This document shows, one piece after another, positions 28,779 to 40,597 of a DNA stretch of 64,000 nucleotides. Below the pieces are notes generated by a model. It was not told the DNA's origin. It ran no database searches and worked only from the letters and a program-made list of their open reading frames with translations. Each line of letters begins with the position of its first letter. Positions within the stretch are counted from its first letter, which is position 1. The DNA comes from Eledone cirrhosa (lineage: Eukaryota): the NCBI GenBank assembly GCA_964016885.1, contig OZ024746.1, positions 76,508,001 to 76,572,000 of the forward strand. Direction: 5' to 3'. The position numbers were made by a program, and so were the translations under genes.

Positions 28779-29721
28779 TAGTGAAGGTGTATGACCTAAT
28801 GGTTAAGGTGTTGAACTCACATAAGTATAAGGTCGTAGGTTTGATTCCTGGCCTTATATTTTTGAACAAGAAGCTTCATTTCATTTTGCTCTAGTTCACT
28901 CAGTTAAAACAAGGTCATGTACCAGTAGCAGCTGGGGATTAACCTCTACAACTACTTGGCATTTGGTCCATTTTCATGATATGACTGAGGGCTCCTATCA
29001 TTAGAGCACCCAAGAAACCTACAATATGCAAGCTCACAGGAGGCCAGTTAAACCTCCATAGGCAAGAGTTGTAACAACACTCACACACATACAAGTACAT
29101 GCACTAATTAATCACAATATATAACAGCCAAATTCACTACTAAATATACTATCTTTAAGGTAGCGTGTTCATGCTAGTATGTTTTTTTTTCTTTCTCTCC
29201 CTCTCATATATATATAATAATAATAATAATAATACAAGGACAATTTGTTAAACTTTAATTATGTTTATTGATTGGTGACACACGTTTCGCTATTGATCAA
29301 CTCAAGGTTCGATCTGTATCGATCTGGCCTGACTCTGGAATCGAAAGCTTGTCGGGGACCTCTGCTGTTATAATGACAGAGTGCTCACCTGGGTGAACCT
29401 ACAGTAACTTCACATTACACACCCTGTATATATATATATATATATATTAATGTCCATGTGTCATCATCATCATCATCATCATCATTTTACGTCCACTTTT
29501 CCCCTATATAACAAATAAATCAGTGGGTGACATGAAGGGTATCCAGCCATAAAACATATTCTCAAAAAGGGAACCATGATGAGTATGTTGAAAATGGAGA
29601 AGGGTGTCAAGGGGGTCAGCAAATAGCAGGAAAAATGGCATTAAAATATTTGTTATGTATATTGAATTATATATACATATATCTATATATATATATGTGC
29701 ATACACATTTACGCAGACATG

Positions 29722-29765
<44 letters not shown>

Positions 29766-30128
29766 GATGTACACACACACACATTTATATATAATTATAT
29801 ACACACACACGTGTGCATGTGCATGTGCTATTTACTCCTGAGGAGACTTGATAACAAGCTGAAAAGGACAGGACCGTGATTTCTATATCTACATTTGCAA
29901 CCATACATGCATCAAATACGATCCTGATTCGTGGTCTTCAAACTGCGAAAACATCATTTATATATATATATATATATATATTGTTATACTTTGGGAGGGT
30001 CATGTTGCCAATAAGAAACACACGCACCAGTTGCTTTCACTTCAATTTAATTTATTAAATATTTATAAATTTACAAATGGCGTAGGATAGAAGAAAGGAA
30101 AGGCACAGAAACGAAGAAAGAAATCCCC

Positions 30129-30173
30129 AGTCACTGAAGAGGTCACAGAGTGTGTGACGAAAGAACTATGACT
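30129..30173 (+). ncRNA. Minimal type-I hammerhead-like fold
   Basis: Stem I agtca/tgact, CTGAAGA, stem II gtcaca/tgtgac (one extra G), GAAA, 2-bp stem III, triplet CUA. Confidence 0.6.
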
Positions 30174-30394
30174 ATATATATATAAACAACTATCTGGTTG
30201 TGGAACCAACCAACCAACCAGAAATTTATAAATTTATAAATTTGTAAATTTATAAATATTTAATAAATTAAATTGAAGTGAAAGCAACTGGTGCGTGTGT
30301 TTCTTATTGGCAACATGACCCTCCCAAAGTATAACAATATCGGTTTCAACACACGATTTCAGATAAAGAATCTTGCTAAACAAATTCAGAAACG

Positions 30395-30435
<41 letters not shown>

Positions 30436-30483
30436 TATAAAATAAGAAGGAATAATAGACACAATATACCTATTTTTTCTTCG

Positions 30484-30574
30484 TCCCGACTATACAGTTT
30501 CGCTGGTCACTATGCAAAAATGTTATATCATAGATATGTAACATTGTTGTGAGGTAAGCCAGCTTATCAAGGGA
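30484..30574 (-). ncRNA. Hammerhead-like fold with U3-A8 covariant core
   Basis: Minus strand reads tccc TTGATAA gctgg...ccagc GAAAC tgtata GTC ggga. Stems I, II and III all close. Confidence 0.6.
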
Positions 30575-30905
30575 GCACCTCAGGGTAGAGCCCTAACTAC
30601 ATACGTCCGTAGCAAGCGAGAAAATCTCAAAAAGGCGGAAGGAGACTCTATCACGTGATACACCAGTTAAGAAAGAGGACGAAGAAAAAATAGGTATATT
30701 GTGTCTATTATTCCTTCTTATTTTATAATATTTTACATAGCTCTGATATTGTATCAATTTAATTATTTCGATTATCTTGTCTCTCATAATCATAGAGCAA
30801 CACTGGTTAAGGTTGACAACATACAACCTCACATACTTGTGAAAAATATATGTTTATATATACATGTATATGTATGTATGCACATATATCTGTATACCTC
30901 TCATT

Positions 30906-30945
<40 letters not shown>

Positions 30946-31223
30946 TATACATATATATATACACATACACACACACATATATCGCACTCAGACAAGTACA
31001 AATAAATGTGTTTGTTACGCACACAACTAGTAAAAGGTGCCTTCAAGTGAATAATTTCAGTGAAGCAGGTTTATATAAAAAATGAATCTTAGAGAATACT
31101 ACAAATTGAGCAAACAACAAAGTGTAAGGGAGAAAACACAGCTATAAAGTGCACAAAATCTCACCGTATGCTTCTTCACAGGCTAAGAGACAAAAAATAT
31201 ATAAAATGGTTTTTATGTATAAA

Positions 31224-31437
31224 ATACATACACACACACATATATATATATACACACACACACACATATATATAGACACACACACACACATATATATAGA
31301 CACACACACACACACATATACACACACATATATATATACACACACACAGAGATATATACACACACAGAGATATATATATTCACACATATATATACACACA
31401 CACACACACATATAGAGATATATATACACACACATAT

Positions 31438-31468
<31 letters not shown>

Positions 31469-31562
31469 TAGATATACACACACATAAATATAGATATATA
31501 TATATACACACACACACATGCACATATATACACACATATATTCACACACACACAATCACACA
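31224..31562. repeat. (CA)/(TA)/(GA) compound microsatellite
   Basis: Direct inspection. Similar tracts at 13775-13944, 29668-29825, 30855-30982 and 35302-35443; (GA)n at 51669-51719. Confidence 0.95.
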
Positions 31563-32096
31563 AAATGAAATTATCCTAGGTTTGAACTAAAAAAATAAGC
31601 AATTAAACACGAAAATGTGTTTTGTAATTTTTGTTGAAACCTGATGAGTGGTCAGCTATAACATGATGTACCTTCTAAGAAAATGAGGTGGAAATTATAA
31701 ACAATTCAACGAGTCCATGATAATTGTTTCTACGTTAGGCACAAGGCCAGCAATTACCCAGTGCATTACTGGTACTTTATTTTATCAACCCCCGTAAGGA
31801 TGAAAGGCTAAGTTAACCTTGGCAGGATTTGAAATCAGAATGGCAAGGGCCGTAACTCTATATGACAAAGCATGGCGTCTGACCCTCTACCAATACTGCC
31901 AATATGATAATGATAAAAAATTAGTTGAGGTGTTCATTTATAGAGGAATACAAAAATTTCCCTATCTATACACCTGCTGAGTATATTTATATACATATTC
32001 ATAAAGTCTTGGTTAACTATGTACTGTATATGTACAAATATGAATTTATTGCTTAGTGCACAATTTAACGTGTGTGTATATACATTACACACACAC

Positions 32097-32129
<33 letters not shown>

Positions 32130-32415
32130 AGGAGGTGAGTTTTATTGTAGTACAATAAAGCAATTCAGATATTGGATAAGTAGCACTCTACAGCTTGTAG
32201 GACTGGAGTATAAATAATATATAAGATCAAAAGATGGTTAAAAGAGTTCCATGTATTTTATTATGCGCATTTCAAAAACAAATATCATCATGCAATAACA
32301 TTTGCGTTTTCGTCAGATAAAATAGGGAGACATGATATGAAGGTTAAAACACACTTGTGAATAGTGCAGTTTTAAATCAACATATATGTTGATTTAACAT
32401 TATATCATGTCTCCC

Positions 32416-32486
32416 TATTTTATCTGACGAAAACGCAAATGTTATTGCATGATGATATTTGTTTTTGAAATGCGCATAATAAAATA
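32416..32486 (+). ncRNA. Minimal type-I hammerhead ribozyme fold (mirror copy on minus strand at 32254-32324)
   Basis: Stem I tattttat/ataaaata, core CTGACGA, stem II caaatgttat/atgatatttg, GAAA, palindromic stem III atgcgcat, cleavage triplet AUA. Confidence 0.75.
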
Positions 32487-33291
32487 CATGGAACTCTTTT
32501 AACCATCTTTTGATCTTATATATTATATATATATATATATATATAAAGAACAAAGATAAAACATAATATTGGTTTCTGATTTAGGCACAAGGCCAGCAAT
32601 TTTGGGCGAGAGGAAAGTCAATTAAATCGATCCCAGTGTATGACTGATACTTTATTTTATCGACCCTGTAAGGGTGAAGGGCAAAGCTAACCTTGACGAA
32701 TTCAGTAGTCAAAAATAATAGTAATAATTGTTCCTACTTTTGGCACAAGGCCACCAATTATATCAGTGCATTACTGGTACTTTATTTTATTGACCCCGTC
32801 AGGCAATGTTAGCCTCGGCAGGATTTGAACTCACACAGTAAAGGGGCGTAACTATGCTGCAAAGCATGGCATCCGACCCTCTACCAATACTGCCAGTCCA
32901 CTGCCTAATAATAATAATACAAACATCCTTATGTAGTCATCAACAGAGTAACATGTTCCCTCTTTTGTACGGGCTTTTACGGACTTGTGCCTGACATTGG
33001 TTCATTTATTACTTCTGAAGATATACATCTTTCATTATACATGCTAGATTTAATATATACATACTCTTCCTGATGTTTGTATTATTATTACTAGTATTGG
33101 TAGAGGGTTGGTCGTCATGCTTTGTAGCATAGTTACGGCCCTTTACGGTCTGAATTCAAATCCCGCCGAGGTTAATTTTGCCTTTTATCCTTACAGGGTC
33201 GATAAATAAAGCACCAGTAAAGCACTGGAGTAATTGCTGGCCTTTGCCAAAAGTAGAAACATTATTATTTTTATTATTATTATTATTATTG

Positions 33292-33910
33292 AAGCGCCCA
33301 CAACCCTCAGCCAATCAGACAGTGCAAATCCCTGGTCTGACCGTGCTACTGAGGAGCTTTGCCAGTTTGCGATAAACTCAACAGTCCATTGTGAAGATCA
33401 CTCCACCATCTTCCTTTAAAGGGGAAGGACAAGCAGTTTTTAGCTGCCTGGTGGCCATAGCAAAAAATGTAGTACGGTGGTTGGGGTTGAAAGGGTTGAA
33501 GAGAAGCACTTTCTTATTTGGCAAAGCCCTGATTAACTTTTTCACATTTCACCTGAAGAGAAAAATCAGAGTGGTGAAGGAAATGTTGCCTTCTAGCCAG
33601 TTTGTTGAAAGGTGACTGAGGGAGAGAATGGGCTTGCTCTCAGTATATGCCTGTAAATTGGAGAACACCTGAGAGAGAGCACTTGCCCTAGCGGTCAAGG
33701 TTACCGTGGCTTTTTCTGGACTTTCTTCACGGGTGGCCCTCGGAGATATCCCTGCTCTTGGTGAATTTGTTATATTTTGATTTTTTTATGTTTAATTTTC
33801 TTTATAATCATTTCTCTCACACAAAAAATCCACATTATATCATCCTGTACCATCTTTATTGTCCTCTTAATGTAAGCTGTGTGGCTAATAAAGAAACCAT
33901 TATTATTTTT
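33292..33910 (+). mobile_element. L1/Tx1-type LINE 3' end
   Basis: KITPPSSFKGEGQAVFSCLVAIAKNVVRWLGLKG...LINFFTFHLKRKIRVVKEMLPSSQFVER resembles a Tx1/L1 ORF2 C-terminus. A T-rich 3' UTR, aataaa and att tail follow. Confidence 0.6.
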
Positions 33911-34643
33911 ATTTATTTATTCTATTATGTCTATCCTAGCTATGTATTATACTGAGATTTTTGCTGAAGCAATTCTAAGGGAATTAAATGATTTAAGAAC
34001 TTTTATCTGACATCTTATCTTAATTTGTTTTATATGCTCTGTGTTAAATATGCTATCTTTCTTCTACTCTTAAATAACTTTTTCCATATTTCAATCTGTA
34101 ATGACAAACACGATGAGCTTAACATTTTCACTGTCAATTTCTCTTCAGTTAACTTTATGAATATGTACTTATATTTATTTGTGTGTGTGTCTAAGCATAA
34201 ATACACACACACACATTATATATATATATATATATATATATAATATGTATATGTGTATATAATGCAACCATATAGTTACTTCCTACTTGTGTTATATATA
34301 GATATATATATGGTATGTAGTTGCATAACTGCTAGTGATTGGTAAATGTTTTGCCCTCTGAAACAATTATAAAACAATAGATTAATTAACTACTATACCC
34401 TGTTTCATTTTTTCATTGGTCAACATTATATATATATATGTATATATAATATATATATATAGTTCAAGGAGACAATATACAGGAGACGGAATTTTCCAGG
34501 TATAACAGATACTAAATTTTGATTTAATTCTAGGCTAACAGTAATTAATAAGTTTAACAGTATAAATAACTGAATTATAGTAACATAAGAAATTAAACAC
34601 GCTATAATTCAGAAATAAAAAAAATAGAAAAACAAAAACTCAC

Positions 34644-34753
34644 TTGTGCACCAAGATTTATTGGAGGTTTACTCAACTCTGGAATGTCAACATGCTGGTC
34701 AGTTTGATATTGTTTTTGTAGTAATTTATCTGTCTCTTCATCTGTATCAAAAT
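34644..34753 (-). CDS. lin-10: lin-10/X11 coding exon (FDTDEETDKLLQKQYQTDQHVDIPELSKPPINLGAQ)
   Basis: atttctccttag acceptor, CAA|gtgagt donor, 110 nt, phase 1-0, open frame. Acidic DTDEETDKLL motif. Confidence 0.88.
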
Positions 34754-35122
34754 CTAAGGAGAAATAACAACAGTTAATGTCCAATAACAGTGAGAACTAT
34801 AACTTAAGATATATTAACAAATGCATAAAACTAAAGGATTAAAAAAGACATTGTTGCTAGTGCTTTTCTAACAAATTCCACTTTATCATATCAAATATGA
34901 TTCTTGGTCATAACTGTAAATAACAAGTCTCAATAGTAATATTTGAAAAATCACATTTAATTAAACATTGAAAAAAAGCAAAACCGAATGAAATAGTTCT
35001 AGTCCTGTAGAAGTCATTTCTATATGAAATACATATGTACCGTCTCTACTAATGTACTTTATTTAATTGTGGTTATCTTTCATTTCTCTTTCGATAAACA
35101 TTCTTAATTTTATATATATATT

Positions 35123-35305
35123 TACAGGTAAAATTCCGTTATAACAAATACCATTATAACAAATTTTTCAGTATATTGAAAATTTTTTCAATCCCCGAGG
35201 TAATAACAAAAGTTCGATTTGTTTTGGTCAATCTCGTTATAAAGATTTTTCGCAACAACAAATTTTTTTTATATACCCGTGAATTTCGTTATAACAGAAT
35301 TTGTA
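35123..35305. mobile_element. pogo/Tigger-like MITE
   Basis: tacaggtaaaattccgttataac ... gttataacagaatttgta inverted termini with internal gttataac repeats. Confidence 0.5.
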
Positions 35306-38300
35306 TGTATATATGTGTGTATGTGTGTGTATGTATGTGTGTGTGTGTGTGTCTGTATGTGTGTGTGTGTGTGTCTGTATGTGTGTGTGTGTGTGTCTGT
35401 ATGTGTATGTGTGTGTATGTGTATGTGTATGTGTGTATATATATGGTTAAATTCTTATAAGATTAAATGATGCATATATACACATAAAGTATGACAAAAA
35501 AATGTGGCAGAACCACTTGCAGGAATGTAGCTACACATCTGTTGTAGACTGGACAGCTGCATAGATCACTACAATAGCATGGCCCGAAATATTTTCAACC
35601 ACAAATTTAGCCAATGAAACTTCTCATTGGATAAACCGCAATTATGTACACACATACACATGCACACCTAATATTGGTGAGCTTGGTACAGAGAATAAAT
35701 GGACCAGTATTTAAAGAACCCAATGCATGACATGTAATAAAGTTAATATCTCAACTTATGCTTGTTAATTTATTTATTTGTGTTTGTTTGTTTGTTTGAG
35801 TGAGTTCCATTCCATGATTGTTTAATGTTACATGATGTACAAATATAGAGCTGATGTATTTGTAAAGTTTGCTCAGTAAAATAAACCTTTGCATTGATGG
35901 GTGTATGTGTGTGTATATATATACATATGCATGTGTGTGTGTGAAGGCATGGCTTAGTATTTAAAGGTTGTAAAATCGTGAGTTCATGGGTTTTACAATA
36001 TATCACATATAAACAAATTCAATGAACTACTAGAACACAATACTAAGTACAAAATGAAATAGTGAAATTTACAGCTCACAACTCTGCGGGTTTATCTGGC
36101 CTTTTATGAAGTTGCATTTTTGCATTTCAATGGGTGATATTTTTTGTGTTTTAATCATAAGGGCCCAAGTCATATCATGAAAAGCAATGTGAAATTAAGC
36201 GTTTTGCTCAAAAACACAATGTACTGCCCAGTCCAGAAATTGAACTCACAACCTTATGTTTGTGGTCCCAACAACCTAACCACATGCCTTTTCTAGGTAC
36301 AAAGTCAATTTATTTCTATATGGCTGAATATAGCAGTCAAATCTCTGCTAATAACCTCCCTAGCAACAACTAAATGAATTAAATCCTAAATAATAGGACA
36401 AACAAAAGCTGGAATGTCACCTAAGTGATAAAGTTTGAATCTAATAAACATATCTAAGAGCACTGAACATGTGCCTTTCTTAAGATAATTGTTTCTAATT
36501 TAAGCACAAGGCCAGCAATTTGGTGGAAAGGGAAAATAATCATATCAACCCTAATACTTGACTGGCATTTTATTTTATTGACCCCTCAAGAAGGATAAAA
36601 GAAAATGTTGACGTTGATGGAATTTGAACTCAAAATATGAGCCATAACTAAATACTGCAAAGGATTTTGTCCAATCTAAACTATAATAGAGTAAGGATTG
36701 CGGGACTGCGTCCAGAATATATTTTTTTATCCAATTTGTAAAATAAATTGAATTAGTTTGAATAAATAATGAATGAATATTACATAATTTATCTACTAAA
36801 TTTTGTTATTCTTGATTAAATATAAATAATTTTGTTGCTTATTTTAAGATTCACTTCTGGTTAATGATCGCTTAAATAAACATTTATATATTTCCGTCAC
36901 TAATTTTCCCCTAATGCAGTTTATATATAATATCGTCTTATTTAATGTATCATGGATTATGTTACTGGTTACATAAGAGAGTGTAACACAGTCTTCGTTC
37001 AATTTCTGTGTATATTGTCAATTACAATTTTATTTGATGTATCATATCTACATGTATATATATACTTGCGTATAATATCAATATACACACTACACATGCT
37101 AGCAGAAAACCATCCGAACAGTGGTTTTTCTGCTAGTCCTTTAATAATTTGGCCAAAATGCCACAAATATATGTTGGATGTGAATTGCACATCTAGGAGA
37201 TATACAGATATGAAACTAAGAAAACAATGTTAACTGAGATTATCAATTGCTGACTGCAAGACAAAACACTGAAATTATTTGTACCTGTAATAAAAACCGT
37301 TTCAAGTTAGATAAATTTAAACCACTTTAGTAGAAATTAAATCCACAAAAAAACTAAGTGGATTTTCTTGAATTTTGAGTTGACACTTAACATCTTGTTC
37401 TGCATAAAACTGCCTTAAAACATTCTTGAAAAGTAAAAAAAAAACAGTACTATAACTGTTAAGAGTGTTTACTGGTTACAACTAGCTGTCAATGACCATA
37501 CTTTAAAAGAATTGAATTTCTGATAACTAACTACTAATATTTAGTAAAATAAGCCATCTATAATTTAAAAAAAAAAAAAATACTGAGTTGTGAAAAAAAA
37601 AAAAAGAATCTTTCAACAATGACAATGGTTTCTAATTTAGGAACAAGGCTAGCAATATTGGTGGAGGAAATCGATTAAATCGACCTCAGTACTTGACCAG
37701 CACTTTATTTTATCAACCCTAGAATGATGAAAAGCAAAGTTAACTTCAGCAGCATTCGAATTCAGAACATAAAAGTACAGAACAAATACCACGATGCATT
37801 TTGTCCAACACTCTAATGGTTCATCCAAATTCCCTACCCTTAAAAGACACCTATAATAAACATAGAAACATTGTGTAATATTGTTTAAATATAGACTAAA
37901 TAATTATACTACCTTAATTATAAACAAAATATGAAGGATTCAAGATGAAGATAAAGAACATAGATATAATTGATTAGAATTTTTGTGAAGTAAAAGTAAT
38001 ATTTAAGTTTGATATTGGTTATAAAATTCCATAAATTAAATATTCTTAATATCTATTTTAAAAATACACATACTTGGAAAAAATAATATATTAGCATACC
38101 TGTGTGCACATATATAAAATCAATTAATATTGTTAGCAATTTGTTATTTGCTCAATTGATTTATATGTTAACTCTTAATGTTCTGTACTGCATGAAACTG
38201 CATTAGTAAAAACACTCTTGAAAACTACAAAGCAGCAATATGACTGGTTTAGCAGAGAAAATGACCTTAAAATGCTTGTGTTGTTGTAAGGAAGAGCAAA

Positions 38301-39856
38301 AGAACAGAGCAAATAAAATGCCTCCATGAATTGTTTTAGGTGGTGTTAAAAGGCAGTGATCAGATCCACATTTTCCTTTCCAGCATCTTAGTCTCATGGC
38401 ACAAAGGTAGTAAAACAATCAGAGATACGCTCTGCTGCAGTAGAGTGCTAGGTACCCAGTCTATTCGGATCCACCTGACAAATTGTAAGAAGGAACATGT
38501 CCAATAGGCACCCCAAGGCAGTAATACAAGGATCAACTAAAGCAAACAGGATATATCTAATTGTCTGCTCTGAAAGAAAAACTGCTAGTGATTTTCAATT
38601 AATTTAAAAACTAATCAAGAATTTGTAGGAATTTAATAATATAACATTCTCGTTATTAAACAGGAACTTGGAATATAAACATTCTTACATAAAATTATGA
38701 TAGAAAGTTTTTATACAAATATAGACACTAAAATGACTTCATATAAAACCAGGGCTGGTTCAGGTGGTTTGGTATCAGAAGGGTTATGAGTAAAAAGAAA
38801 ATTTTTAATCGGATGAAAAATTTACAAGCAGAAGTAATGCCAATAATATGAAGCTAAAAAAGTAGTCAAGGATTAAACTATTAGGACTATAATTAATATT
38901 TAGAAATCTTATCAGAATTTCAGAAACCAAATGAAACAAAGAAAGTGATGCAGAGAGAATGCAGAAAAGTTTGAGAGAAATGCCAAGCAAAACTAAGAAG
39001 CCAAAAGTGAGAACACTACTAATCCATGAAGAAGTTTGTCAGGTGATTTATTAATCCATCAGACAATCACTGAGGCAATTATAAATTTTAAATAATCGTT
39101 AGTATTATATTTTTTAATATTATTTGAACCTTTATTAGGATTTCAAGGATAAAAGTTAACTCTTAACATCATGTACCACATATGATTGCATTAGCAATTC
39201 TTGAATGAATGAAACATTAAAAATTAAAGCCTTTAATACATCACATTAAATATTAAAGTTTTTAATATTGTAAGTTTTCACAATGATTTGTCCACTAGTA
39301 AAGATACTATAAACATTTAAATTGACAATTCTGCTTTTAAATATTTTCTGCTAAATCATTACAGGATGTTAAGAGCTGATAGTAGTTAGGTATCATATGG
39401 TAAAAGGGAAGTTTTTAGAAAACATCTTACTGTTAGTACTCCATTTGCGTAAATTTATATAGCTCACCCTTTCATAACTGCATTTCTAATGAAATACACT
39501 ATTTCAATTAATTAATGAAGAATTTTGAGGAATTTACTTATATCATTACTTATATCAAGACAGTAAATTAACAAATGGTTCTTATACAAATTATGTTGGG
39601 AAATTTGGATTTAAATAAGAACCTTTTAAAATGAGTAGTTTTGTTTCACAGAATTAAAGCTGGTTTTGGCTGGGTTGATATCAAAAGGTTTAAAAACCTA
39701 GAGAAGCATAACTCAAAAGATATAAGAAGCAAAAGGTAGTGGTGTCCAAGTAACAAAGAAAAAAAGAAGTGGACTGAGAGGTAGAAGAGAAACAGTGGTA
39801 GCCTCCACCTGAAAAAAGAAGTTAGGGGACTAAATCTATTTGTGTTGACCACTCAC

Positions 39857-39931
39857 TGGTAGCAGGGCAGCGGAATTGTACGGGCGAATCGCCATCTTCA
39901 TCATCATAGTCTGTACTGCTTATTGAATTTA
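39857..39931 (-). CDS. lin-10: lin-10/X11 symmetric coding exon (NSISSTDYDDEDGDSPVQFRCPAT); may extend to 39994 via an upstream acceptor
   Basis: ttctctttcttcag acceptor, CCA|gtgagt donor, 75 nt, phase 1-1. GC- and CpG-rich relative to flanks. A second in-frame acceptor lies at 39995. Confidence 0.78.
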
Positions 39932-40269
39932 CTGAAGAAAGAGAATAACATAGCAAATGTAAGCCAGATGGCATAATAACAGAACAAAAGACACCTGGAA
40001 ATAATAGAGAAGAAATAGAATTTTAAAGTAGATGAATGAATAATTTGAGAAAAACTTCAAGTAGATAAGAGAAAATATTTTAGCTTCATAAATGAAAAGA
40101 TGAAGTAAAAAAAGTAAAACAGAAAATCAAATGGAAGGAGAAAAATGATAAAAATTGGGTTTATATAAATATATTTAGATCAATTATCTATCTACTTCTG
40201 TTTAATCAGAATTTCTTCGATTTAAAAGACAAAGGTGTTATGAAATGTACTTGCACATTTGAGAGTGAG

Positions 40270-40597
40270 AGTGTTGGCATTAGGAAGAGCATCCAGTTGT
40301 AGAAAAGATACCAAACAAAAAGCTAAAAGGATTCTTTAGTTGTGTCAAGTATATGACTACTTTCTTAATGATGGTGCCACATAAAAATGCATCCAGTGGA
40401 TTCTGTAAAGTGGTTGGTGATAGGAAGGGCATCCAGATGTAGAAAACATGCCTAGACCAGAGTGTATGTGAGATGTGGGCTCCCAGCCCATCTGAGAGGA
40501 CAATAGTACCAATTAAGTACTGACTTGATCTCTGACGACCTGTTCAATCCATTACAGCATGGAAAAACAGATGTTAGATGATGATAATGATGATGAT
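40270..40597 (+). mobile_element. Non-autonomous retroposon family with (GAT)n tail, RTE-like 3' end
   Basis: gtggttggtgataggaagggcatccag...catggaaaaacagatgttagatgatgat. Related copies at ~781-1130(-), 1770-1920(-), 12870-13112, 27445-27820, 58150-58340 and 63815-63960. Confidence 0.65.

Noticed and set aside
31672-31674. 3-nt microexon candidate (ttcttag|AAG|gtacat)
   Set aside because: Frame-compatible, but the donor is weak and such matches are expected by chance in AT-rich DNA.
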